From positions 1 through 44,179 of the forward strand of contig JALDZS010000191.1 of NCBI GenBank assembly GCA_022813965.1: DNA of 44,179 nucleotides, in the 5' to 3' direction. The position numbers were made by a program, and so were the translations under genes. This DNA comes from Toensbergia leucococca. Taxonomy: Eukaryota. Below are positions 24,091 through 36,612 of this stretch, piece after piece. Every line of letters starts with the position of its first letter. Position 1 is the first letter of the stretch. The notes beneath the pieces are model-generated. The model was not told the origin of the DNA, ran no database searches, and worked only from the letters and a program-made list of their open reading frames with translations.

Positions 24091-25351
24091 ATGAAAGGGT
24101 TCGAATACTTCGGAGCAGCATGCGGTGGCGTTGACGTCTGCTTAACAGCAATGTGAGTTTTTCTTTTTCTTCTCTGAGCTACTGAAGAGAGGTGGATTGC
24201 TCTCATCTTTCCTCAAGTGCACCCTTCCTTGAACATCACTGACGTTATACAAATAGTGGAGTATACTATACTATACGAGGCGGGGCGCCAAGAGCGCTGG
24301 TCCTCCCTTTTACTCATTGAAAAATCCCCCCAGTTCGAAAGCCCGCAGATTTTTGAGAAAAAAACGACAACGATGTCAGGACTGGATTATTTTTGAGGCA
24401 GCCTGCGGCGGCGTGGCCGTCTGCCTTACGGCAGCATAAGTTTTTCTTTTCTTTTTTGACTGCTGAAAAGAGGCGACATATTCTCATTGACGCAAGTGCA
24501 TTGTGTTCTTCCTTGAACATCACTGACTTTATGCGAACAGAGGGGTGTGGTACACCAGAAGAGGCGCTAAGAGCGCAGAAAGAGTGGAGCTTCGGCTCCT
24601 CAGAGCAAGGTGAGTAGAAGAACGGCTTTGCAGGTTTCATGGAGAACGATTACTGACCTTGTGTTAGAGAAGAGGGGCTAGATGATGAAGAGATGGGGCG
24701 GTTGACAACTTTGATGAGGAGGGAGGGGCCACTGAGTGATGAAAAGTTTGGGCGGTTGACAACTCTTGTGAGGAGGGAGGGCCCATTGGATGATGAAGAG
24801 CGGGGGCGGTTAACAACTCTGATAAGGAGGGAGGGGCCACTGAGTGATGAAGAGTTGGGGCAAATGATAACTTTGGTTGGAAGGTAGAGACTTGGCGTGT
24901 TTGCGTGGACGAAGCACCGCATGGCAGCCCACAGAGAGGAGGTGGGCTGGCGTATTATATAAGAGACGAGGCGCAAAGAGCGCAGAAAGGGTAGAGCTTC
25001 AGCTCCTTAGAGAAAGGTGAGTAGAAGAACGGCTTTGCAGGTTTCATGGAGAAAGATTACTAACCTTGTAGTAGAGAGGAAGGCCTTACCGATGAAGAGC
25101 GCCGAATACTAGCGACGCTAGTAGGGAGAGAGAGGCGCGGCTTATGGAGATGGTGGATACGCCGCAACAATGAGGCAGGTGGTGAGGAGGGGGAGGGAGG
25201 TAGAGAGATAGACAGGGAGGGAGGTAGAGAGGTAGACAGGGAGGGAGGTAGAGAGGTGGAGGGGGAGGAAGGTTTGTTGGAAGGTGGGTTGGCAGGGGTA
25301 ATTCTGAGAGCTGCTCACGGTGCAATTAGGGGTGCGAATTTTTGGTTCTAG
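24091..25351 (+). pseudogene. Three nested or tandem disrupted copies (A, B, C) of the orphan spliced gene family
   Basis: A: ATG 24091, intron 24153-24256, truncated. B: ATG 24374, frameshift, donor mutated to ATAAGT, 69-nt exon 24541-24609, intron 24610-24667, TAG at 24885. C: ~24948-25016, intron 25017-25074, exon to TAG at 25351. Confidence 0.7.
24678..24884 (+). repeat. 54-nt (18-aa) coding tandem repeat, ~4 units
   Basis: L[SD]DE[EK]xGRLTTLxRREGP is repeated. Confidence 0.9.
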
Positions 25352-25879
25352 TTCTGTTGTCTTTCTTTTTCACTCTTTCGTTCTTCTCGTTTTTTCTCTT
25401 TTTGTTTCTTTGTTTTCTTTGTTTTCTTTTTGTTTTCTTCTGTTTTTCTGTTCGTTCTCATATTAGGTAGGGTTTTTTTTTTTTGCTTCTAGTTTTTAGA
25501 TTCCTTTTTCCTTGCTACCATATATCCCCAAGTAAGCTTGGTCTTTGACGTGGCGTTGGGGGTTTTATGAGTCCATGAAGGACCCAACTGGCAAGCTTCC
25601 GTTACCATTAATCACATTAACTTTCCTGCCTTTCAGAATCTTGTTATTTTTCACGCGATTTGAGAGAGAGCGGGATTTGGTAAATGAGATGTGGGAGAGT
25701 TGATGGGTTGCTTGAAATGTGTTTATTCCGTCGATTCCTCGACTGTCTTTGAATTACCAACTCGTTTTGGCCTATCTCCTCCGTCCTTCCCGCCTACCGC
25801 CTTCCGCTGCCTCTTTCTCGGTCTACCTCCGCTCCCTCGTCCATGTTAGCCTCAGCTCCGCGTCCTACGTCCCATCCTC

Positions 25880-26153
25880 CTTCCACTATCCTCTCAGTCT
25901 CTATCCGCATGACAGAGTGAGTAAAGGAATACCTACGAACATGTCGCGGAGAAAGATTACTAGAAGTTTATCTAGGGATGGGATGCTGAATGAGGAGGAC
26001 TAAGCGAGGGTAAGAGTGCTGGAGAGAAGGGTCGGGAGATCGAGATTCAAGAGATGGATTGTGGTGCTGGCGGGTTCGGTTATAAAGAAAGGGGGGGTGA
26101 TGGATATAGAAGAGCGAGTGGGGAGGGTAGCGAGAATATGGTTTGGGGAGGGG
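25880..26153 (+). pseudogene. Further diverged copy of the orphan family
   Basis: Intron 25917-25975 (GTGAGTAAAGGAA..GGAGAAAGATTACTA..TAG) shares 15 identical nt with intron 25017-25074, followed by DGMLNEED*ARVRVLERRVGRSRFKRW. Confidence 0.5.
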
Positions 26154-26500
26154 TAAGGAGTAAGCCGCGAGGGGGTGAGGATGACGAGGCCGTAGGAGGT
26201 GACGGGGTCGGAGGAGCCGAATGTGAAGAGGGAGGTAGGCGGTGAAAGGAGAGGAGTCAATGGTATGGAAAGTTGGAGGGATGAACGAAGCGGGAAAGGG
26301 AGAGGGAATTCTGAAAGGTGGTGAATCGAGGATAAGGTGGGCTAGAATACAGTCGAACACTGTGAGTTTTTCTAAGAGCGATGATTCACTTCTTATTATT
26401 CATCGCGCCCTTTGGGGCCGGGGTAATGGTGAAGGAGGTATGAATGGTGAGAATGAGGAGGTGCTGGTGCGATTGGGGAGAAGTGGGATTTGAGGGGGCT

Positions 26501-26508
26501 TATAAAAG
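26501..26508 (+). promoter_or_regulatory. TATA box candidate
   Basis: TATAAAAG 150 nt upstream of the ATG at 26651, followed by an A-rich leader. Confidence 0.4.
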
Positions 26509-26650
26509 GAGCTCGACGGCCCTCGATGAGTCTCCTTGTCAAAGATTAGAGAGAGCAAATGAGAGGGCGAAGGAAAGCTACAAACAACAAGCAGTAAACA
26601 ACAGAAGCAGGATTTACAGAACAAAAAACTCACAGAATCCCAACGACCTC

Positions 26651-27283
26651 ATGAGCGAGCCCGCCAAATTCGACGGGTCACCCAACCCCAAGGCCCGCCG
26701 CCTCAGCGACCACAGAGGTCTCTACCGCGCTTCCTATGACTACTTCGGCGCTGCCTCTGATGACCCTGACTGGACGCCCAGCTCCACTCCCCGTGAAAGC
26801 GGCCACCAATTTTTATTCGGTGGCAAACCCGACACTGGACGTTCGAGATGCTGGTCAAGACCAAGTGCCCAGAAGGAGGTAGAAAGAAAAATGGGGCAGG
26901 ATATGCGGGGAGCATGGGTTCGGCCCTCCCACCGTCGCCAAAGCACCAGCAATCACCACAATTATAGCCGATCACAAGGGCTACCACAAGTGCCGACGCC
27001 GCCGTTATCACGGGCTGAGGCTGGGAGAGAAGCGGAGCCAGTGGGGGAGGAGGGTGAGCATGATAGTGAGGAAAGCCAGGCGGAAGCGGGGCAGGGTGCT
27101 TCAGAAGGGGATCCGTCAGAATCTGTTCGATCTGTGAGTGTGAGGGACTTTGCGGATGCGAATACGATTGAGGGTCGTGGAGAAGGTGGTAGGGCGAGGG
27201 GGGTGAGCAGAGGGGGATCCATGCAGAGGGATAAAAGAAGGGCGTTCGGGGATAGGAGGTCGGCGGCTTTTGGTTATTGTTAA
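26651..27283 (+). CDS. Orphan disordered protein (210 aa)
   Basis: Long ORF; ATG 26651 downstream of a TATA box; same C-rich to G-rich profile as neighbouring genes. Confidence 0.5.
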   Translation: MSEPAKFDGSPNPKARRLSDHRGLYRASYDYFGAASDDPDWTPSSTPRESGHQFLFGGKPDTGRSRCWSRPSAQKEVERKMGQDMRGAWVRPSHRRQSTSNHHNYSRSQGLPQVPTPPLSRAEAGREAEPVGEEGEHDSEESQAEAGQGASEGDPSESVRSVSVRDFADANTIEGRGEGGRARGVSRGGSMQRDKRRAFGDRRSAAFGYC

Positions 27284-27967
27284 TAATGATATTATTCGAA
27301 GGATGCAGAAAGAAGAGTCTGAGAATTGGAGGGATTTCTGAGGGGCTGGTGGTTGTGGGGTGGGGAGAGTGTTTGAGGGCTTTGAATGCGGGAGGCTTTT
27401 GGGAGAGGACGCTGCAAGAGGGTGGCTTGTGAAGGTTTCTGTTGACTTCGGTTATTTTATCCTCTTTCTTGGAGCGGGTGTTTTAGTGAATGGGGTGTGA
27501 GAGAGTTGTATTTTGCAAAATGTGTCTTTGAAGTCTGTGATTTGAGGGATGAAGTGTCAATGTGAGAAGAGCGCAGATCTCACGCAATTTTGCTGTTCTG
27601 CTGTTTTGTTATTTCAGCATCAAGGTGCTTATCAAACGCACTCATATAGTCGAATATCAAGCAAAAGCAGTCAGCAGTTCTTGAGTGTGACAGTTGACTA
27701 CGAGCATGTGACTTGGCGAGAGTAGAGAGTAGGGAGTAGAGTATTTATTATACGAGTACGGATGCCTAGAATATTCTACCAGATCAGCACTCGGCGTCTG
27801 CAACCTGCCGTAGCCAACACACCAATCACACAGCGTTACTTTGATATCCCGGAAACCTTCAAATCATCACCCACGACTTGGACCATTTGGACGACCTCGA
27901 AACAACATCGGCTTCACCTGTCGCTGTAGCTTCTTTGTTGTACCATATCTACAGTTCTTGGGGAATC

Positions 27968-29221
27968 ATGCTGGCCAGAGGTGCTCTGCGCTCTGCGCGT
28001 CTGGCAAGTCGCGCAAAGCCTACAGCGGCGAAAGCCCCCACGGCAAAGGTATCTATCGTCAAGACATTCCCATCAATTGTCTATCAATTTAACCAACATC
28101 CTCGTATCTCAGTCTGTCTCGACATCATCCACTTCTACCTCCAAACCCGAAGCCCTGCCTTCGCCATTCCGATTGACCTTGGCTGGTTCCGCAGCCACTG
28201 CACTCGCCGTTGGATCCATTGCTTGGTACTATCACCTCTTCGGTCAGAATGTATATGCCATGACACCGCAGGAGGAGGGGTACGATCAATGCTCCAAGGA
28301 AGACGAAGCTATCTGCTAATACTGAATCGTGCAGTCTACATCCTACCAAATATCCGTGGGAACATCAGAAATTCACAAAATCCTTTGATCATCAAGCGTA
28401 TGATATTCCACTGCATTAATATCTCCTTCAAGTACTCACAACTCATTAGGTTACGACGAGGCTTCCAAGTTTACCGCGAAGTCTGCTCCTCATGCCATTC
28501 CCTCTCTCGAATCCCCTGGCGTACGCTTGTTGGTACAACGCACACAGTCGATGAGATGAAAGCAATGGCCGAAGAGAACGAGTACGACGCAGAACCCAAC
28601 GATGAAGGCGAAATCGAGAAACGCCCAGGAAAACTTTCCGATTACATTCCGGGTCCCTACAAAAACGACGAAGCTGCTAGAGCGGCAAACAATGGCGCTT
28701 TACCTCCTGATCTCAGTTTGATGGTCAAAGCAAGACATGGCGGATGCAATTATATCTTTTCATTGTTGACGGGATACCCGGAAGAAATACCTGCAGGCAC
28801 CGTTATCGCATCCGGATTAAATTTCAACCCTTACTTTCCAGGCACCGGTCAGTCTCAGCATAGAAATACTATCAGGGGAAAATCGGTTGACAAGTATAGG
28901 TATTGCCATGGCTCGAGTTCTCTATGACGGACTCGTCGAATACGAAGACAAAACCCCCGCTACAACCTCCCAAATGGCCAAAGACGTTGTGGAATTCCTT
29001 AATTGGGCTGCCGAGCCTGAGATGGACGAAAGAAAGAGATTGGGTATGAAAGCCGTTGTGGTTACGAGTGTGCTGTTGGCTCTGAGTATATGGGTTAAGA
29101 GGTACGAAGAATTAGTATGTGAGAGTCAGAGGTAACATATACTGACTTTTTGTTCAATTGAATTAGGTACAAGTGGTCGCCAGTCAAGACGAGGAAGCTT
29201 GTCTACAATCCGCCTATATAA
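27968..29221 (+). CDS. CYT1: Cytochrome c1, mitochondrial; exons 27968-28048, 28113-28279, 28335-28397, 28450-28847, 28900-29101, 29167-29221
   Basis: Bipartite presequence; [18 protein letters not shown] heme motif; [24 protein letters not shown]-terminal TM helix; all five introns GT-AG and in phase. Confidence 0.97.
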
Positions 29222-30557
29222 GTCGTTGGAGGGGGATTCTTGGTGCGTTTCAAGCTTCTGAAGTAGGGTTGTGCGAAAAGATTGTGTTTTTGTACAGTTT
29301 GCATTAGAAATGTAACATTGTTCCCCAACCACCACCGATCAGGAATGAATGCCAATATGCTTTTAATTTTCTTCCTGCCTGAGCATATGACCAATCCCTC
29401 GAGTGATCTTTTTTGCCCATGCTCTTGCTTCTCTATCATCTGCTCATCTACCGTATAATCAGTCAAGTCATATAAGATATGGTCGGTTCACAAGATGTGC
29501 GTTCAAATCGACCTTTTCAGACTGAGGGTGTTTTTGTTCTACAAGGTAACATCTACCTGTTGTGGAGGAGCGGAGTCTTAGGTACATATCTCACCTCTTC
29601 CCCTTACTTAGCTCATACTCCCAGTTGAGTACCTAACCCATCCCCATCCTCATCCTCATCCTCATCGGTAATCGGTATCAAAAGCTGCCCCAACCCCCGG
29701 CTTTTTCTCTCCCCTTTCCTCTGTTGGAAGGGCACAAGATTGCCTGATCGGGCACTAGCGTGACCGGGTCATTGTTATTCCGCTCCCCCACAACCTGTAA
29801 TAGTAGACTCGGTGTTAGCTAGATAGTTCACTACTCCATAACAATTCTATTCGTCTATACCGACAACATCCTCTCCCTTTCCTCCATATCCTCATTCATG
29901 TCACAGAACTCAAGATCGGGGCCATCTTTTCTAGTTTTCCCCTTTTTTTGAAATTTTAAGGGTTATTCCAACTCCACCTGAGTTACGAAAGTGGTGTAGG
30001 GTGTAAGATGTGTTGTACAAATGCTGAGACCATGTGTTTGGGGCGAGAAGAAAGAAAGGAACTGGAGAGTGAACTTGAATATGATGATGATTTTTTGGGG
30101 GGGAAAGGAGGGGGGGGAGGGGAATTGGTTGTTTCCTTTTTGGAGGATTTCTGGGGGCGAAGGATTAGAAGGAGTCCAAGGATTTATGTGTGAGATGTTG
30201 TGAGTTTTTGTTGGGGGGGAGGGGATTGGGGGGGGGATGAGTTGGAGGGTTGTGAGTGGGATGTTTACTTTGAGAAAAAGATACATGACACAACAAACAC
30301 ACATCTTCACTCCAAGAAACGTTGAAGAGGAAGGTTTGAAGAATTTTGAGATTTTGCATCGAGTGTGGGGCAGGGTAGTGTGAGTTGATGGGTAAGGGTG
30401 CACCTCAACAAATGTGTCCGAGGTTTTCATGAATGTTGTAAAAAGGAAGATTTTGCTTTTCACAACGTGGGGGGGTAGATGGAGAGGATGAACACACATA
30501 TCTACAGCCCAGTTCGCCCCATCCCCCCAAACCAAACGCGACACAACATCCAAACCC

Positions 30558-33500
30558 TTACCCCCACAGCCCCCACCTCCCAACCCAACCCCCCAAAACC
30601 ACCATCCCAATCTCCCACCACCGCACCCTTACCTTCGAAGCCTGGCCCTCGAACTCCACCACTCCTGTCGGTGTCCCGAATGCAGACGTGATGAAAGACC
30701 CCAGTCCCGTTGATGTTGATGTTGATGTTGATGTTGATGGGGGGAATGAGAGGGAGAGGGTGGAGGAGCCGAGGATGAGTCCAGAGGGGTTGAGTGAGAT
30801 GATGGTGCCTGAGATTGTCAGGGGGGGGGAGCCGGGGGAAAGTGTTGTTCCGGCGACGGCGATGAGGTTGTTGGGGAGGAGGGTGAATTGCTGGCCTAGG
30901 GTGGTGATAATTTGGGATGGTAGGGATGGGAGTGGGAGGGTGGAGGAGCCGAGGATCAATCCCGCCGAACCGACTGAGATGATGGTGCCTGAGATTGTTA
31001 GAGCGGGAGAGCCGGGGGTGAGCGTTGTTCCTGCGACGGCGACGGCGTTGTTTGAGAGGAGGGTGAATGGCTGGCCTAGGGTGGTGATGACTTGAGCGCT
31101 TGCGGTGGCGAGCGGGAATGTCGAAGAGCCGATTACAAGTCCCGATGCTGCGACAGAGATAGCGGTTCCGGAAACAGTGATAGCTGCTCCGCCGGCCGAA
31201 AGAACCGTTCCAGCTACCTTGACGCTGCCGTCGTTGTAGACGGTAAAAGTCTCTCCTACAAGGGTGATGGTTTGGGATATATCTGCCGTGGCGGAGGTTG
31301 GGAATGGGATTGTTGAAGAGCCGATGATGATGGCAGAGGACGCTATGGAGATTGCTGAGCCAGAGATGATTCGAGCGGGGGAGCCGGGGGAGAGGGTGGA
31401 TCCGTCGATGGCGATGGCGCCGTTGGGCAGTGCGGTGAAGGTTTGGGATGCTGCTGTCACGATTTGGAGAGGTGGTGCTACTGTGGATGGGAGGGCAAAA
31501 GTACTGGTGCCGACGACGATGTTGCTTGCGCCTAGAGAGATGGGAGTGCCGGCAATGATTGTCGGGATTCCTGGCACGATGGTTTCAGAACCGACTAAGA
31601 GGGCACCTGATGGGTTGGTAGTGATTTGTTGCCCTGCAATGACGGGGAGAGGGGCTGGAGCTGGAGTAGGTAGGGTATAAGTTGAGCTACCGACAACGAC
31701 TTGAGATGTGCCGGCAGATACGGGGATTCCTGCGATTGTGACCTGGGATCCAGGTGCGAGGGAAGAGCCGTCAATGATGGCACCGCCATTTGGAGCTACT
31801 TCGATTTGGTGCCCTGTGATTATTGGGGGGGAGGATGCTTGAGCTGCTATCAAGGGGACAGTTGTTCCTGCAATAACGGCATTTCCATTGCCAACGGATA
31901 TATCAGCACCTCCGATGGTAGTCTGCGCGCCTGATTGTAGAGTAGAACTCCCAACAATGATGCCTCCGTTCGAAGCAATTTGCAGCGGCTGGCCATTGAT
32001 TAAGGCGATCGAAGACAAAGGTAAGGATGTATCTTCTGTTATTGGGACAGCTGTGGTTCCACCCGCAGCTACGCCTGTTGGATTCTGAGAATTTTGCACA
32101 CCGCCAACACCAGTATCGCCGCTTCCTGGCTGAATGTATGTGGTAGGCACTGGGACCGCTTCGCTCGATAAGGCTTGTAGCGTTTCCCCAGCGTTCGTGC
32201 CAATAGAGGCTACATTTGCGCTACTCGCTACTTTTACTGAATTTGATTGGCCAGGATCGACACTCGCGCCCCCTGAGTTGGGGTCTTGTAGTATTGAATT
32301 ACTAGTTTGAGGGTCGACTGATGGATTCAAGGTAGTTGAAGAAGAAGTGTTGCCGGGATCGTATGATGGCACGGTGGATGGGGATGGTGTAGGATTGCTG
32401 ACTTGGTTGATAGGAGAAGTTTCTCCTGCCGTAGCTGTAACACTAGACTTTATATTGCCACTCGTAGTGGATGGCACTACAGGTTGTAAATTTGGATCTT
32501 CAGATGTACTAGTAGGCTGCGGTGAAGCAGATGATGGCTTTGTCGATGTCTGCTCAGGGATCGCAGCGGGACTCGATGATGGCGACGCTGGTTGCGCAGT
32601 AGGGTCTGCCGCACTTGTCGCAATTGTTGTGCCAGCATTTATGAGGGCGGCAACCTTGGAAAGAGCATGGGGTGGATCATAGGCTCCGAAAACGTCCAGG
32701 GTACAGAGACTCCAGGCTGGATCATAGGTTTGAAGTTCAGGGGGCATCAGAAGTTGTGGATGAATGGTGTATCCATACGCAAAATCCGATCCAGGATAGG
32801 ACGTCGTCACAGCTCCGGCAAAACCAGGGTCACAGTCATCGTTGGAGGAAACCACACTCCAATAGGGAGGGGAATTGAAGTCCTGATAATTGATAGCTTT
32901 TGGAGTGACGAAGCCACAAGGTTCGGTTGAAAGGGCTTGAGGCGGATATGCTATGGTAAGGTCGTTGTAAATACTACCGACATGGTTGCTTGCATCTCCG
33001 TAAACTAGTTGAGCATAGAGTGATGTATATACCACATATACAGAAGGGGAAGTACTTGGAAATAGATTAGCAATTTATCACAGGAGTTTCCGTATCATTG
33101 AGGCTTACAAGGTATATCCATCAGAGACTGCGGTACTGATGCTAGATGGAATGGAGGTAACATTAGATCCAGATGTGTATGGAGTAGGCCAGTAGAAAAT
33201 CTCTACATTGGAGGCAGCGATAATGCAGAATTGAGAGCACTGTGACGGCACGACATATCCTGTTGGCAGGAGGGCTTGGGTGAAACAAGTACCTTCAGTA
33301 TCACAAGTCGCAGTGGATGAAGTAATTGGGTTGCTAGACTGCCACTCAGTTATAGCGGAGTTGCAGCAGTACTGAGCACTCGTCGTTTGGAAACATCGAC
33401 TCAAGGTTCCATTTTCTATAGAAGAGGTCGACGATGATAAGAAGGTAGAGACAGAAGGCGAGATTTGCGGTGATGATATTGATATGGTTGAGCTATTAGT

Positions 33501-33773
33501 AATGTATGCTGCTACCAGCCATCAGCTCACAAGTCTCAATAGTCTGTCATGCTGTTCTCAAAGCATTCAAATGAATTAGAGTAAAATGAAAGGTCAGGAG
33601 GCTAGATGAACAGAAGACAATGGGACAGTGTGATTTAGGCTTGTAATGCTCAATTTATTGACATCACGCTGAAGAATGCCCATAGTGATATCGTAAAGGA
33701 AGCACGCACCAAACGCATTGTGTATCATCAAAGCCCACAAAAGAATCATCGCGAAGCCTCGCACCAACACCAT
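30558..33773 (-). CDS. GPI-anchored S/T-rich cell-wall or adhesin-like protein; exons ~33773-33710, 33511-33109, 33054-30558
   Basis: Signal-like MVLVRGFAMILLWAL; Cys-containing domain (VEIFYWP..FTSPSVY..CTLDVFGAYDPP); ~8 repeats of type AGTTLSPGSPALTISGTIISxxxxGLILGSST; GPI-type C-terminus. First exon is less certain. Confidence 0.8.
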
Positions 33774-34821
33774 TCTGCTGACAGCATCAAGAAAAGAAGC
33801 ACTGAACGAAGCAAAATCCAACGACAGCGAAACTCAGCAGGATGAAGTCGTTCAAAAAAGCTGTGAACTAAGCCATCTTGGCAGTACTCTTTGATTAAGC
33901 CGAAAATAGAAAAAGATGCTCTGGCCGTGGCGAAGCAAAAGCTCCAAGTCCTCTAAGGCCCGTTAGATCTAAATGCATGCATCAAGCGACGAATTATATG
34001 CAGCCTGAGAAGGCCACACGTGTGGAGATGCAGATTAACGCAGGTTAAGGATGCAGGACCGGTCAAGTCAACCAATCATCAGCTCCAGGAAACGATCAAT
34101 GTTAGATATCTCTCTAACCGACATCCTTGGCTTCATCTAGCCCATTCTGGCCCCACATCTCACTTGACCGCCGTTAGAATCACCCGCGTAAAAGTACAAT
34201 AGAATGCCAAAAAGCCTCAAGTGATGAATGCAAGAGAAAAGTCTTGGCAAATTTGTCTGTTTGCTCTTCTTTCGTTGCTAATTCTCACATCAATCGTACA
34301 AGTGCAGACGGCGAGTGAGTCTTCAATCCCGACATGGGCTGTACCGCTTTCTGAAAAAGTGTCGGTAGGATTCAAACTTGCCGCCACTGATGATACATGG
34401 AGAAGAGATGAGACGCAGAAGCAGAGGCGATAGAACTGACATTTGCTTTTGAACATCATGGACCTCTAAAACAGGTCTGCTGAGGAAGACACATGAACCA
34501 AGCATCGTGCGTATTGGTGATCAAGACCCCAGTACGGCTCTACCTCTTTTTGGGACATTCGAAGTGCGATGGATTGTCAAAATAATTCGAGCCTGTCAGT
34601 ATCAATTGACAGTCAGAAGAAGCTCGAGAATCGGCCAGTCATCAAGATGCCAGGCGCGCCAATCACACTGTTTAGTACTTGTAACTTATTACGATGAACA
34701 AATTATCGAATAATATTGCCAGCCAGTACTCCATAATTATCTAAAATCTAGGTATACGCCCCCTCTCAAATTTACTCGACTTTACCGCTAAATCAACCAG
34801 TGCCTTCTCCCTCTAAGCCTC

Positions 34822-35889
34822 TCAACTCAGCTCTACTGTATTATCACCACTTTTCCGCGCCCCACAACAATACCACCGTCTCTTGCCCGTCTTCTCTGGG
34901 AATTCGCTGTCAGGCCCCACGAGGACGGTGCCTGGATGCCAAATATTATAGAGGATCAATGCTGTGAGCATGGGGACAGCTTCGAGGCAGTAAAAGAAAG
35001 CTTCGTGCTCGGGCATGTACGTATACACCCCTTGGGAGAATTCAACTAAACGATAGATTATGCGAACCTAGTGCAGCAGGAGTCGTTACTTAATTTTCTC
35101 AGCGCCTAAGAAGAGTGGGGTCTTACGGTAATGAGACCTAGAGTGGCGTATAGGGTGTAGAGAAGTCGTCGCCAATCTGTTGTACGGCCTGTGTCGTCGC
35201 CAAATGTGTTCATTCTGCGTTGAAATGTCGTGGCCAGGATGGTAAATATCAGGATAAATGCCTCTTGAAGTCCAATGCCGCCCATGTAAATATGTATGCC
35301 GAGTTCAAGGGTTGAGTTGTTCTTGCTATTTGTCATACTGCCCCCAATACCTTGGATAATGAAAGATCTTTTACTCATCAGCTATAGCGCTTTATAAGAA
35401 ATCAAATGAAAGGGATGAGTAGCTCAAGCACTCACGTTATATCCAGTAGCACGAAATATATAGATAGCTTCCTGGCTTTGATACCGGCAATCTTCTGACC
35501 CGGAAGGAAATAATGCATCATTCGGCCTAGCAGTACATAATCAAACGCATTAATCCACAATGGCGATAATAGGATGAGTAGCTGCGATGGAAAGGCTAAA
35601 GCGGATGAGGACTGGTGCTCAGTAGAAAGGGTACGGGTGATGAAGCCGGCTGTTTCCCAAAGGCCACCCATGATGATGACCCAACAGAAGTTTTTCCGAT
35701 AGATACGGGCTTGTATGATGTGGGCGAGGGTGGTGAGGGCGAAGAGAATGCTGAAGAGGAGAGCAGCGCCTGTGGAGGGGCAGTAGTTGTAGTTGGCATT
35801 TGAGTCATGAATGTCTACATTGGCGAAAGGTCAGAGACGCAGTCCTGTAATGAATTGAGAAAAGGGTACATACTGAGACACTGGCCCAT
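34822..35889 (-). CDS. RTA1-like 7-TM protein (lipid-translocating exporter family); exons 35889-35874, 35814-35436, 35367-35127, 35067-34822
   Basis: YNYCPS, WETAGF, LSPLWINAFDYVLLGR, FVLLDI..IQGIGG, RIIYRLVEF, HEAFFYCLEAVPM, WHPG. Confidence 0.9.
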
Positions 35890-36472
35890 TTTGAGATGAT
35901 GCTTCGACCCTGGTGAAGAATTGAGAAATATGCTATGGGTCAAGCTACTTGTCTGAGGCTGTCACACAAGGAATGATGACGCCAGTAACGAGAGGCAAAA
36001 GAGATATGGAGAAGAGATGAGAGTTGCAATCCGTTGATGACTCCAATGCAGCTATACAGGCAGTACTTATATTGTCACGCTTCAACCATAACCCATCAGC
36101 ACTGCCTCGTGAAGCTGAAGCCAACAGACAGTACGAGGCCAGCCATGTAAGCTCTTGTGGACTATGAGTCCATAAGTAGAACGTGTAGAGCATATTGCAG
36201 CGGTGAGGTTCAATTGATTGAAGGTAGTGACGCGGTAAAGAGGCGCAATTGGCTGAATGATGGACAAGAAGGTTCAACGTCTACGAGCCAGCGAATGAGA
36301 TCAAGAAGAGGAACATGACTAAGGATGTGATTGGGCCAAGGATATCAGGCTGACTCTGAGTAGCAGGAGAAAGTAGTTAACGAAATTCGTATTGTGACTC
36401 GTCAGCATACTGAAAGAATCAAAATACGAAGCAACCAATGATAATTGCTTATGTAAGAGAGCTCACGGAGTA

Positions 36473-36612
36473 GAAGGGTTCACCGCCCAACCGACCAAAC
36501 AACCCAACCGACCAGCCTTATAGGGCTAGGTTAGAAATCTATTTTTTTTTACCGCCTAGCGCCGCTCAATTGAAAATTTGCGGGTCAGCCCTATAAGTAG
36601 CCAGTTGGGTGG
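36473..36612. mobile_element. Short MITE-like hairpin element, copy 2
   Basis: CCAACCGACCAGCCTTATAGGGCTAG..AGAAATCT..GTCAGCCCTATAAGT matches the reverse complement of 14760-14830. Confidence 0.55.

Noticed and set aside
24678..24884. CRISPR-like periodicity
   Set aside because: Eukaryotic coding tandem repeat with no unique spacers and no cas genes.
27878..28927. 349-aa ORF as a single CDS
   Set aside because: It is chance read-through across CYT1 exons and introns.
29963..30610. 215-aa minus-strand ORF
   Set aside because: Low-complexity, homopolymer-rich 3' flank of the GPI gene; possibly error-prone sequence.
30688..32930. Multiple plus-strand ORFs
   Set aside because: Antisense to the repetitive GPI cell-wall gene.
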